A stretch of 62,861 bases of DNA, counting the filler, from Sphacelaria rigidula (Eukaryota), in NCBI GenBank assembly GCA_964200075.2. It is 5 parts of 5 records of this genome, joined end to end, with 100 filler letters (N's around TTAATTAATTAA, not from the genome) between each part and the next. Parts side by side here need not be neighbours in the genome. Positions count along the whole stretch, not along the records: positions 25,187 to 37,678 come from CAXNAA020003702.1; positions 37,779 to 50,270 come from CAXNAA020003703.1; 3 more parts are not named here. One strand, given 5' to 3'. Under the pieces are notes generated by a model. It saw only the letters and a list, made by a program, of their open reading frames with translations, ran no database searches and was not told the DNA's origin. This document shows, piece by piece, positions 25,580 to 38,055 of this stretch; positions within the stretch are counted from its first letter, which is position 1; each line of letters begins with the position of its first letter. The position numbers and the translations under genes were made by a program.

Positions 25580-28500
25580 AACACATTTTAACAACGAATC
25601 ATGCGACGGTAGGGGTGCACTTTTCAGTCTGAAAGCTTTATGACCCGGCGCACTAGGGCGCAGATATTTGTCATGGAGAGGCTCCTACGGCAAAGAGCTT
25701 CAGAGAAGAAAAAAAGTACCGCCGCGGTGGTATTGCCCTTAGCATCTCGGGCTATTTGTTCCAAGGTATCTCTCACTTGGAACCGAAATGACGCATCTCA
25801 TTGTGTCCCCCAAGACGACTTCCTCTATACTGGATCCAACTGTGAAGATATCCCGTCCGCGGCTAGCCACTGCCGCTCGCCAGGTGTGGAGGTGTTCGAA
25901 ATAGGTGGAGATGCTCCTGCACAATTTCAACAATGACTCACGGACGTTAGTTGCTTGTCTTCGACCGAGTCCCGCCATGTGGAAGGGTCGCTGCAGAAAA
26001 GATATTTCAAGCAGGCCTGCGGACGCAGGCACGGTGGGCACACATGAGATATACACTAGACGGGCATTTCAGGGGCGGTGTTGCCCACAAGCGGGAGGAC
26101 GAAGATCTCAACTCTCCTGTGCCGCGATCGTGACATCTTCCGAGGTATTTTGTGGCTCGCCTATTCTCTCCTGCGACTCCGCACCCGCTCAGGGATGAGG
26201 AAGTCGAAACTCCATAGCTCTTTCCACACCACTTCTCCTGCGTTTCGTACACATGCCCCGCCTTCCAATTACACAGTGAAACAGCCTGCGGTACTGCCAG
26301 CGCCATAAGCATCGGTTTCGAGTCGCCGGATCGTCGTGAATTATTGCACACTTGGAGACAGGAGCAGAATACGGTCACCGACGCGTCAACAAACAGCCGT
26401 GTCGCCAGCGCAATGTGCGTGGAATGGCATGTCGGAATTTACGGCATACATCACCCTCCACTACTTCACCAGCCCTGCCCTAAAACCTAGTAGGCTGCTA
26501 CTCCCTCTTCATCGCCGGCGTCACTGGCGGCATTCCCCATCCCCTGCCTCGCGAGCGTCTGCCAATACCTGATCACGAACGGGGTACGCGCGGTGAACGT
26601 GGGTGTTCCAGACGGACAAGCTAAGGGTTGTCAGTCGTGCATGTTGCATGTCGGGAAGAGACCTGGGATGCGCAGGCCTTTGAGGAGCGCCTGCCACATA
26701 GCTTGGAAAGGTAGGCCATGGAACAGGGCAGAAAGCCACAACCACTCAGCAAGAGCACCAACACAAGAAGGGCGACCCCGATACCGTTTATTCCGCCCAC
26801 CCCCGCGCTGCTCCCCTCCCAAGCGCTCACAGCACCGTCTTGTAGATCGACTGCTTCGTACACGCGATCGACGTTGACATATTCGACGCCGTCGGCGAGT
26901 CGACGCCGGAGGGTCGCGTGCGTGCGCTCGTCGCCGGCTGCGACAATCTTCCCGTCGCCATAGCCAGCAGGACGATAATCAACTGATCCGTTTCCACAGA
27001 CGTCACCAGCCACCTCCCCACCCTTTCAGCATCACGCGGAGGTACTTGTTGTGATTAATCAAGAAGTGCACACTGGCTGGCTCACCCTCTCCGACTTGTA
27101 GCCCGGTTTCGTGCTTGACCCGTCCCTCCTTGCACATACCGTCGCGTGAATGGAAGAGATTCGCGGGCGCCGCACGGATGAAGCGGGAAATCTACGTCGT
27201 GTCCCTCCGCCGGGTAGAAATCCTCGTCCCTGAAGGCATCCGGGTACACCTTCTCCATGAACTTCCTCGGACCCACAGATTTGTTTGCATGACGCGCACC
27301 TTGATTTAGGCGCGGGGGGGATGCAAGCGTTTGTATTAGAGAGGTATCAAAGAAGAGACTCTCCCATTCCCTTTTATCAGTAACGACCATGAGGCACACA
27401 CCACTGCTGATACATGGGCTCCATTTTCGAAGAGTCGTGTTTTTAACGCAGAGGGGGCACAATCGACCGCCTTTCTCGCAGAAACATATTGTGACTGCGT
27501 TGGCTCTAGGAGCACTTGACAGCCTGATTCAGGTATTCGGGGTGGCAGAAGGTGGTGTCTCACATCGCCTCCTGGGACCGCGGATATATGACGGAAAATG
27601 AATTTTGACCAGTACACCCCATTCATACCGTCTTCCTACATATATGGGGGAACCCGCGTGCTGAAATTCAGGGTCTAACACGCAAAATCGGCGTCAACAA
27701 TCGTCGGTGCGCTCACTGAAGTATAGAGGAGTGCGCAGAACCCCCCCCCCCCCCTCCCTCGGATAGCTTTATTGTATCGCTATATGCTAACCCCCATTTC
27801 ACTTGTGTGCTTCAGCTGACATCGCCCGTCTGGGATGAGCTTTCGGAGGTACGTGATCCAGCTTTGTGCGACCGATCCTTCGTCAACCTCGGGACGAATC
27901 TTTTCTCTTCTTTTCTTGGAGCAATTCGTGCCGGTTTCTGACGGTCTGCACGCCGAGACCGCCGGCAGACCGCACGGGGGCAGTGAACTTTGAATTTTTC
28001 TGCAATGCAGCCGTCATCTCTGTGAAATAGTCAACTTTGATCATGATCGGAGCTCTTGTACGAAAGTCACAAGGGAAAATATCACGAGGAATTTTGGACT
28101 TCCATGCGTGTAATAAGTGGAGTCCCGACGAGGGCAAAATCTAAGTCCATTTCAATCCATCATGACCGTCGATTCCAACGTTCACTGGCGTTTTTTATTC
28201 TCCTAACGGCGGCTGATCACAACCAAATTAGCTAGTGAGAGAAGAAAAAAACTGTATGGTGGTCTCAGCTGTGAAGCAGAAAACTCCGGGGGGAGACCGA
28301 AGCGGCGAACAAAATCGCAGAGGAACGTACCTCCATCCACGATCGCCATGGCTTGCGGGACGACCGCTCTGATGTGTAGCACAGCTTGCACCAGGTCTTC
28401 CAGCGTCACTATGTCGCCGCGGCTACGGAGCGAATTGAGTATGTTGTGATGCTCCACCGCTTGTACACTGAGATGGTTCACACTATCCTTCAAGGCCGGA

Positions 28501-31500
28501 GACCTCCCCTCCTGCTTCGTGGATTTCCTGCTGCTGCGTGCCGGGTGCACGAGTCTCATCTTCCGCCTCAGTGTGCCGTGCGCTGATTTATCTCCGAGTG
28601 TGCATCTCTTCATGACGCTTGTCCATACCTCTTGAATCTTTCTGGGGACATCTAGCATATCGGCTTCTTCCTGCACTGTGAGCACGCGGCCGTCTAACGC
28701 TACTAGATTGTCTCGGCCGTCGACGCTAAAGGCGAGGCAGTCACGCACGACGTTGACGATACTGACAACAGCGGACGTTTTTTTCATGAGGCGACCCACG
28801 ACGCCTCCCTCGTGAGGAGGTAGAAACAAAGCTTCTTCGATCTTGCCCAGGGTCCTCTGCCGCGCGCCTACGATAGCGGCCAGCTTCGCAACAAAGGACT
28901 TTGTGATTTTCTTCGTGGCCCCCTTGCAGTCGCGGTTTGACATCTATTGCCTCTCGTCCAATGTCAGGCGGTAGAAAACATCTCCGCCCAAGGAGGTGGA
29001 GAACAACTCGGCCATGACCTGATGGTCATTATCGGTCATGCGTGCCAGGGTCCCCTAGTGAATAGCAACTTCCCTCTGGCATCGATCCTTCCCGTTGCTG
29101 CAGAAATCGGCGCCGCCATGCGAAGGCAGGCATCGCGCAGCTTGCAATCTCCAGTGCGCACACCCCTCGTCAGTTCGCCTGATAGTCGACCAGGAGGAAC
29201 CGTGCCCAAAATTTAAACGTCTTGTCTTCGACAGCCCGGCGGTTGATCCACTCCATGACCTGCTCAGCGCCGGCCGTGCCCCTCACGGAAAGCCGCCTCC
29301 AGCTTGTCCCGCATGATGGCCGTGATGCCCACAGTAAAAGACTCATGAAGCACCGTGAGCTGATGGCGTGCCCGGCGGTAGTCTGGTCCCCTCTGCGACG
29401 CTGGAATCGTCACCCCAAGTTTTTTTCAGCAACACCTTGCCAAGGTGCATGAGGATGTGGAAATCCCCGGGCCACAGGAACACCTGCTCTAATATCTCCA
29501 GGTACATCTGACAGTAACGGTGAACCCAACGGAAGGTCTCCTAGTCCCCAGCTATCACGGCGCGGTAGCAACCATCGCGCTCGCCCAGCCTAAGCACGCA
29601 GGCACCGTGCGAGAGAGCATAAAGTTGACATGATTTCTCAATGAATCGGAGCATTCGTACAACGTATAACTGCCGTACCATGCAAAACCATTGCTCGCAG
29701 CTTTCGTTTCAATATCGGCGCGAGAGCCACGTATGCCCCGGACTGGGCACCGTCAAAACATCACTGTATTGCGGCTCGTCACACCTCAGTCGTGACTTTT
29801 TTTTAGGGTACGGGCGGTGGCTGCTGGCGCCATAACATGGGCACACATGCGGCACATTTGTAATGCTTTGTCCATGATTTCCCGACGTTGAGGTCGGACC
29901 AGGAGCATGGACCACCACCACCACCCTTTCCCCCTAAAAAGGAATGAAGGCGAACATGACGCCCCGACAAATCATACCATGCCCCGGCAGATATCCAGCC
30001 CCAAAAATATGGGTGACTATTCATCACCGGCGAGGACCGTCATGTGACTTGCTGAGAAATCGCGACCCTAGGATGATATTTGTGCCAGAATTAAACAACA
30101 CCCTTCGGTACACCAGAACAGACGAGCAAGCACGCTTATTTTTCTCAACTTCGCCTCCATGCAAGTTTCGTCGCCTCCCTGGCGACTGGCCGCGCTCCTG
30201 CACGCGCTCCCGAAGAGGTTCATCACATGGCCGTCATAGATCTGACGGGTGTCGTCACGAATCAACCCATCCCTCACATCCTCCACCGTAGGATCCTCAA
30301 GTGGGGTCCATCCCGAACAAGGAGACAGACGTGATTTTCTGGGGTGTGGATGGTCCGGTTCCGGCACCACGACTGTTGCGGAAATGAAGGGCTTGTATTG
30401 CGGGCCTTTGAGGTTCATCACGGCCTGCATGTCGCAGTTATCAAACGCCACCGCCGGCGCTTCCGTTATTTGGGGTATGGCGCCGTCTTCTCGCCGCCAC
30501 TGGACGACGAACTCCTCCCGCTTCCTGCACTGGCTGTCGGATAAACAGAGCCCAAGGCCTGCCCCGAAATCGTTCACCTTCCTCGTCGCACCGTGAGATT
30601 TGAATACCTGGATGAGCATCGATGCATGGGGAGGCCTGTACGCGCGCTCCCGCACGGCACCGAAGAACATGGTCACCAGGAAGTACGACAGGATCTGTTC
30701 TTTTGCATTGTTCTTCCTTATCCCGACGTGCGCCAGTGGAGCCGGCGCGGTCGTATCGGCCGCATGCGCCACCTGCTGAGACGCATCCTCTCCCGCATCC
30801 CCACCCCCCCATATCCCACCAAAAATCGCATGAAACAAAACGCGTAGCGATGTTGGCGGCGCCGCCATGTACTCAGCGACGGGCATCAGCTCTCTCTCCG
30901 TCGATATCATCTGCTAGCGCGGTGGCTTTACAAACGTTCTTGAGATCCACGGAGGCGATATTGTCGCGCACGATTTACCCGGCTTTTCGCACGACATCTT
31001 CACGTTGTTCTGGCGAAAGAGAGGCGGTGGCCGTCGGAGCATCCATGGTCATCGCCGCCCGTGGGTCATCCAACCTCCGCTACTTCGCGGCCAGTCTATG
31101 TTCGAGGTCGCTGACAGCTGCAGCTCTGTTTCTACATAACAAGTCGAGCTTCGCAATCTCCCGCGCGGGAAACCCAGCAAGAATTGGGGTATTGAAAACC
31201 TTCCGCCCATCTAAGTCTGATATATCGGTCCCTCGCAGGGCGACGGAGGCTACACCCCTCACACGATGTCCGCCATCCGCCATTAGAGGTGGAGCGACTT
31301 TACGCACATGCCTAGGATTCATCTCCGGACACTTTTCTTTCCCCCCGACTTTGGAGTAACCACTCCTCCACGTCATGCATCTAACTACAACTCCTGCACC
31401 CAGCGTCGCTCACGCGCGCTGGGTGGTGTGAGACACCCACCGATGCACCCCGTTGGTCGGGGCTTCCTCGTTGGCCGATGCGATACGCTGTTCCTCGATA

Positions 31501-32900
31501 TTTGCCTTGAGCGAGTCATTGTTGTACGAGGAGCGGCAGGCATTGCACAAAGTGCTGTTGGCCGTCGGCGCATTATTACTCTTCGAGAGTAGAAATAAAC
31601 CTCGGCGGGCTCCCACTCCAGCGGTGAAGAACTCGATCATTGCCTCACACGCCGCTCCTGCTCTGCGCCAAGATGTCCGAGCAACGGCTTCGGCCTCCTG
31701 TTGGATCCCGCAGACGTCACACCTATTTCGATTGGCCTTGGGTTTCAAACGCTCATACGCCCGAGAAAGATGGTGGAGAAAATCGTCTCTCGAGCACAGG
31801 CACTCCGAGTAGGGACGGTAGGCACCATGGATGGCGGTGGACAAGCTGCCATCGCCACGTTTACTCCACCACTCAGCCGCAAGGCTCACTTCATGTACAC
31901 TGAAGTGGTTGAAGTCAGTGGCGGGCCGATTGCACGCAGCTCATCGCCTGTCGCTCCGCCCATGATCCGTTGCACAATGCGTACACGAACCCACAACCCA
32001 AGGGCCGACCAATCCGCATTTGGGCTTCCCACATTGCGGGCGCTTCCCTCGGCCACGTGCTGGAGCGGAGGAGACCCTTACACGCCGCGCGGATGAAGCT
32101 ATGCGCCTTTCGGTTGGCGGCCCGCTCGTGTGTTGCTCATCGCGTGCATGACGGCCCCTCCGCGTTGCCAGTCGTGTTACACTCCCGCCGACCGCGTGGT
32201 GTCTCCTGGGGCGTTCCAATCGCGGACTCTCTCAGCGAAGTAGGGGGAGACGGGTCACAGGGTTCGCCATTGGACGCGTCTGTTGCGGCCGATATAGCAG
32301 CGGCAGTCGCCAGAAGACGGGGAACCGAGCCCGTGAGCGCCCGGTGGTGTACTCCAGCGCCTACAACGTCGGCGCCGGAGCCGCGGGATCGACTACTTTT
32401 CTGTCGCTCCATTCGGTCCCTTGATCCCAGACGGAATCCATCAGAACACGGGGGCGCATCTATTCTTTTCTCGATATGCGCGGACGGGGTGACGCAGTTT
32501 TCCGATGCAAACTCGGCGTGGAGGACGAGATCATGCCCATCATCCGGTGTTTTTTGGCTCCGGAAAAGTGGGGGAACCTCGGGTGTTGACAGCGCGGCGC
32601 CGCCTGGGGAACGGGGACAACGACGACGAGTCGAAACATCAGTATATCCCGTGTGAAGGGCTGCGTGCGAGCAGCCTACAGTTGATCCTTGTCGAAGTGA
32701 ACGCGATTAGAAAAGTCAAAGTTGCTGTCTGCCCGTATTTCCTCCTCTGCATGACGAGCACTTCCCGGTGCAGCGTGCGGGATCTTCTGCTGTGTACCCT
32801 GCGGAATCTGTCTGCCAAGCCTCCGGCCGGCACCTGGAGCTGGTCGCGAATGCGCAATAGAGGCAATGTGTTACCGGGGCCCTTTACCGCGGCGAGCGGG
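25580..32900 (-). mobile_element. Academ-like DNA transposase gene, decayed and probably intron-containing; boundaries approximate
   Basis: Motifs in Academ/DUF6589 order: GATRKVNDFGAGLGLCLS and AFDNCD (30068..30910); VIAGD*ETF..WPGDFHILMHLGK (~29430-29560); FYRLTLDERQ*MSNRDCKG (~28920-28975); AMAIVDGG (possible start of a PIN-like domain). N-terminal CxxC pairs lie in 31410..31889. Confidence 0.7.
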
Positions 32901-33689
32901 ATGGTGGAGATAGGTACCCGTGTCCTCGTGACAGCAATAGTAACGTTTACCTTGCTGAAGTGTGTTCAGTGTTCAGTGACAGAACGATGGCCGGCGTCAG
33001 ACGCGCGAGCACCACACGCACACGAACAGCCAGCAATGTGACGTTTTTGGTTAAATATTGACACTCACGCCGCCGCCTTTCATCCGATAATGGGCAGACT
33101 GCCGTGTGCACATACGAAAGTTCTCGCACTGCAGGTAATGCGGGTGAGTTATGCATGTCTGTGTGGTGGGTGTATGGGCGTTGGCGTTCAGGCGTAGTGC
33201 GCCCTTGTTGCGTGTAGACTGCAGCAGTATATGGATGTTGGACCAACGATCGCTTCCATAACCGGCGCATTTGTCAACCTCTGTGCAGACGTGGGCTTGG
33301 GTATGGACGCAACTGAACAGCCAATTCCCGAAGATATTGTTGACGAGAAGGAGGTTTAGGCCGAAGACAGTGCCTGTCCGCACTTCCAGTGGCTGTGCCC
33401 GACGAATTGTTTTTGTCGGCCTCATGCCTCCCGATCGCGTAGATACTTTTTCTACACCTTTTACCGACTCTGTGAGCTCACAGCGCTGAGCGAAACCATC
33501 ACTTTACCCTGATTTCGAGGGGGGTGTCATGATAGTAAATTGTGGTTTTTCTCAGTGCTGTAAGCTGACGGGGCCGGTAAAATGCGCTGAAAGAAGTATG
33601 TACGCGATTAACGGGTATTGGGCCGACGAAACAGTCGTTGGACACAGTGTCTGCAAGTGTGAAGAAGGCACTGTTTCCGGCTTGAACCT

Positions 33690-34385
33690 CATTTTTGTTA
33701 ACAGTTTTTATGGAATTAGCTGTGACCGGTTGTCGCTGAGCCTCAACATCGGGTGCTGTTGGTGCAATCACTTTGTATTAGAGACTGCTCGAAAAGAGAT
33801 CACCACTTTCGAGGAAAGCTCGCCTGACAGGGCTCGTAATACAAAGTGCAGGCCCGTGAAGAGCGACAGGAAGCATCGACCGCTGAACATTCGCCGTGAT
33901 ACAGGACGCCGTGCGTACAGCGACGATGGTGTCTTCAATATCTGCACATCCTGGACGAGATATTCCATTGTCAGGAAGTGTACTGGGTACAGTATCGGCT
34001 ATTGCGATATACAAAAGATTCCATACTGTACACAGTACATTTTCCGACAAGATAATCTTCTGTCCAGGGTGTGAATTTCTGACAACATGTGCCCAAGACA
34101 CGGACGATGATGCGGTGCAGACATTGTGCTGGGCAACACAAGCATATATCACAGGTGTCCCCGCGGCGTTTACCTCCTGTTCCTCGGAGGGAGAGCCTAT
34201 CCCGCAACGTTCCCGCGGCGACGTGTTCGTGCTGACACACCTGCCAATCAGGACGGCAGTGAGCGGTGAACCCGCGGTTATGTCAAGGATTGCAAGTGTC
34301 ACATACGCAAATCCGCGCCGAATGTGGACCTATTTTGCAACCCCGATGTGCACGCCGACGCCGCCTTCCACCCCAGGAGTCGGCA
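33690..34385 (+). pseudogene. Possible hAT transposase remnant
   Basis: Frame-shifted fragments CWCNH..LETARKEITTFEES, VIQDAVRT and DAAFHPRSR resemble the hAT CxxH, QD..TRW and A.LDPR motifs in order. Confidence 0.35.
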
Positions 34386-34481
34386 TCATTATTACATATC
34401 ATATGGGGCAGCTAAGTACAGTGGAGCAGAGACTAGTGCAGTTGATGACGGGACAGGACAGTACAGGACGATGCACCCTAG

Positions 34482-34567
34482 CACAGTACAGTACAGTACA
34501 GTACAGTACAGCACAAAACAGTATATTACAGAGTACAGCATAGTGCAGTATAGTGCGCAGCAGTACA
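34482..34567. repeat. (CAGTA)n microsatellite, degenerate
   Basis: CAGTACAGTACAGTACAGTAC run. Confidence 0.85.
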
Positions 34568-34681
34568 TGACTGCATCGAAACTCACTCTATTATGCGGCA
34601 GTTTCTTACTGCAGTTTTCACAGTTCAAACTCGCCGACTGTACCGCCAAATATGCATGCAAACATTTGCTGTGCTTTTTTT

Positions 34682-36089
34682 CAACGATAGGTCGAGTAGA
34701 GTATACTCAATACTCAGTATTTTTGAAAAGTCATACTTTTAGTACTCGAAGTTTGAGTAGAGTATTTGAGATCATACTCAACGTACTCAAAATTTGAGTA
34801 GAGTATTTGAGACAGTACTCAACGTACTCAAAATTTGAGTAGAGTATTTGAGACAGTACTCAACGTACTCAAAATTTGAGTAGAGTATTTGAGATCATAC
34901 TCAACGTACTCAAAATTTTAAGAGTATTTGAGGCCGTACTCAACGTACTCAAAATTTGAGTAGAGTATTGAGGTCATACTCAAGCGATACTTTATACTCG
35001 AGTATTGCTGAGAGTGCATACTCAGTATTTGAGTCGAGTATTTGAGGTCGTACTCGATCTACTCAAAATTTGAGTAGAGTATTGGAGGCCGTACTCAACG
35101 TACTCAGAATTTGAGTGGAGTATTTGAGACCATACTCAACGTACTCAAAATTTGAGTAGGGTATTTGAGGCCGTACTCGACCTACTCAAAACTTGAGTAT
35201 AGTATCGGAGGCCGGGTCCGATATACCAAAACCTATAACTTCAACGTCTTCCTTCCTCTGGCGACTGTTGCGATGTTTTCCTGTTTTGCACTGTTTCCAT
35301 CGCTGACTCTCCCATGGAGGAGTCACACATGTGGCTGGTAGAGTTGCTCATTTTGATAATACCTACTCGACTACTCGTCTATCCGATTACACCATAATGA
35401 TGGGTAGCGCTCTGTACTGAAAGTAATATCGAAGGCGTTGCGAGGTATCGAGTATGAACTGCCGTGGGTGGAGGCTGCTGAGATGGGGCAGATAGGTTCA
35501 TTCACCTGCACGTTTTTTTCCCTTTTATGGCCATCGTTCGCCCATGCATTCAACATAGTCTGTAAAGTGACGTCACGAAGTCGCCGACAGTCAGGGATAC
35601 TCACCATATCCAAGGGGTACTCTATACTCAAGTATCTCTGAGAGTGCTTACTCAATATTTGAGTAGAGTATTTGAGGTCGTACTCGATCTACTCAAAATC
35701 TGAGTAGAGTATTTGAGGCCGTACTCGACGTACTCAAAATTTGAGTAGAGTATTTGAGATCATACTCAACGTACTCAAAATTTGAGTAGAGTATTTGAGA
35801 TCATACTCAACGTACTCAAACTTTGAGTAGAGTATTTAAGGCCGTACTCAATGTACTCAAAATTCGAGCAGAGTATTGAGGCCATACTCAAGTGATACTC
35901 AATACTCGAGTATTGCTGAGAGTGCTTACTCAGTATTTGAGTCAAGTATTTGAGTTCGTACTCGACGTACTCAAAATTTGAGTCGAGTATTTGAGGCCGT
36001 ACTCGACGTGCTCGAACGTCGAGTAGAGTAAATACTTGAGTATTTTACTCGAGTACTCAAAAGCACATACTCTACTCGACGTACCCTTG
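34682..36089. mobile_element. Non-autonomous TIR element (hAT-like) with two arrays of ~39-bp palindromic repeats
   Basis: Left end CAACGATAGGTCGAGTAGAGTAT versus reverse complement of right end CAAGGGTACGTCGAGTAGAGTAT. Flanks CTTTTTTT and CATTTGTT match 6/8. Arrays at ~34740-35210 and ~35620-36060. Confidence 0.7.
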
Positions 36090-36353
36090 CATTTGTTCGC
36101 GCAGACATCGTTTGACATGATTATTTTTCACATGGACTGTGTACATATGGGCTACCCTCTACGCCTCGCTAACCCGCCCGTTAACCGCCATGGCCGGCGC
36201 CTGACGGCGTACCATTGCGGTCGCCAGGCAGCAATGCAAAGCAACACGATCCATACTACATAACATCGGAAACAGTCATCCTTTCAGCCAGAAATCGCCA
36301 CCGACGGTCTCGCTTTGAATCAAGCTGTCCAGCGATGCCGCCTTTTGGACTCC

Positions 36354-36783
36354 TACCCCTCCGCCGGGGGCGCAACCCTGATTTCAGCTCAATCATAATG
36401 CTATGACTCTTGTACGTGACCAGGCACATACATTTTTTTTACGGCGTGAGACTGCGCTACGATCTGGGCCAGCCGGCAGTGATTTTGGACTGTTTCCACG
36501 CCTGGCTGTTGATATTTCGAAGAGTTGGGCGCTGGAAATTTGACACGAAATCTTTATCATGAATACGCGCAAGCATTGCGCGGGGTGCCAAGGAAACAAA
36601 ACAAAACAAAACAGGAAGAGCGATTTGAAGTTTCAGCAAAAACAGGAAAACTGCTATAACTCCGTGAAAATGAAGAAATATGGCGGCATTTCCCGAACTG
36701 TCGCACGTACTTGTGTGTGGGAGATCCTGGTAAAATTTCGGCCAAAAATAACCTGAAAACTGTCTTGCAATTCGGGGAGGGTA
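36354..36783. mobile_element. Possible old MITE
   Basis: Imperfect inverted termini TACCCCTCC..GCAA..TTTCAG and CTGAAAA..TTGC..GGAGGGTA. Confidence 0.3.
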
Positions 36784-37289
36784 AAACGCAGTTTCAACTA
36801 GTATCTCTCGCTCTTACGATGATATATGGCAGTCTGCTCGGAGGTCCTCTCCCATGATGGAGCTGTTGACGAGCTTGATACTATCGGGTGTTCGTGTGCC
36901 TGTGTGGCACAAGTGTCTATCGTGATTCTACCTCATTTTGTGGAACGAAACGTCTCCAGACATGCTGTCACGCAACAAGAGACGTACCCGGTACTCAATG
37001 CAGTACAAATATATCATCGCCAGAACTGTGCCAACCGACGAGCTGCGGTGCCTTGCGTTATCAGGTTGGGGTGCAGTTCACAACGATATGCCCAAGTCGG
37101 GCTGCTTTGGTTGAGTTCAGAAGTTGTGGTGTGACATGCAAATGGCGGAATTACCGCTGGCCTAGTTCGTACTGTTTTTTTTTCGCTAAGCTATGTCGCC
37201 CCTGCGTCAAGGTTGATTTCACCATGTCGGCAACTGCGGCCGGCACCTATTGTCTCCTCATTACCCGGCCGCCGACCTGTTTGCTCGTG

Positions 37290-37678
37290 AAATCATGATG
37301 GCTCCAGGTTGGGTTTCCTGTGCATGGGTGGATGCGTGCTTGCCTGGGAGCAGGGCATGGTGACGGCGGAGAGGGCAGCAGCGTACGTTGGTGCAGACCA
37401 CAATTTTCTGCGCTTCGACCACCCCACCATGGCGAATGAGCTGGCGGAGATGGAGGCCCTGGAGGGTGAGCAGAGGAAAAGTCGTGTGCCCACGCGGGTG
37501 TAAAAGCTGTGGTCATCTCTGGAAGTGGCGATACCATGGATTAAAACAATTCATTTTTGGCTGTCATCCGAATGCAAGATAATCAGTAGGCTTTGGCCCG
37601 AACAATCTTAGCAGGATGCAGCTCACCCTTCATGCGAGTCATCGAACACACCACAGCGCTCCGCGCTTGGTTTGAGTG
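37290..37678 (+). repeat. Multicopy repeat, copy 2, with coding-like frame
   Basis: From ~37515 it aligns with 24925-25086; frame reads CPRGCKSCGHLWKWRY..GCHP..GPNNLSRMQLTLHAS. Confidence 0.75.
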
Positions 37679-37778
37679 NNNNNNNNNNNNNNNNNNNNNN
37701 NNNNNNNNNNNNNNNNNNNNNNTTAATTAATTAANNNNNNNNNNNNNNNNNNNNNNNNNNNNNNNNNNNNNNNNNNNN
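37679..37778. other. Artificial contig spacer
   Basis: N run with TTAATTAATTAA. Confidence 0.98.
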
Positions 37779-38055
37779 CAATGTCTCTGTCCAAAGAGAG
37801 ATCGTGGGCATCCACCCCAAGATCGCTTCGTACGGTCCCGCCATACACACCATCGCAACACCGCATCATGCTACATGACAGCATCTCGACCCCGCCCTGA
37901 ACTGTACGTTCGCGCCCGCATCCCGACCTGTATGTGAACCTATTGCTTTCACTCTCCAACTACGCCACTGCAACTCGAGGCTCCAGTATCATCACTAGTT
38001 GCTATTGCAAACATCACCATCGCCATCACTGCCAGTATCATAGTCATCATAGTCA

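Noticed and set aside
30622-31359. Plus-strand 245-aa ORF (likewise 31970-32656) as an independent gene
   Set aside because: GC-rich antisense shadow of the minus-strand Academ-like coding region.
34740-36060. CRISPR array
   Set aside because: Units are contiguous with only 3-4 variable bases, there are no unique spacers or cas genes, and the context is eukaryotic.
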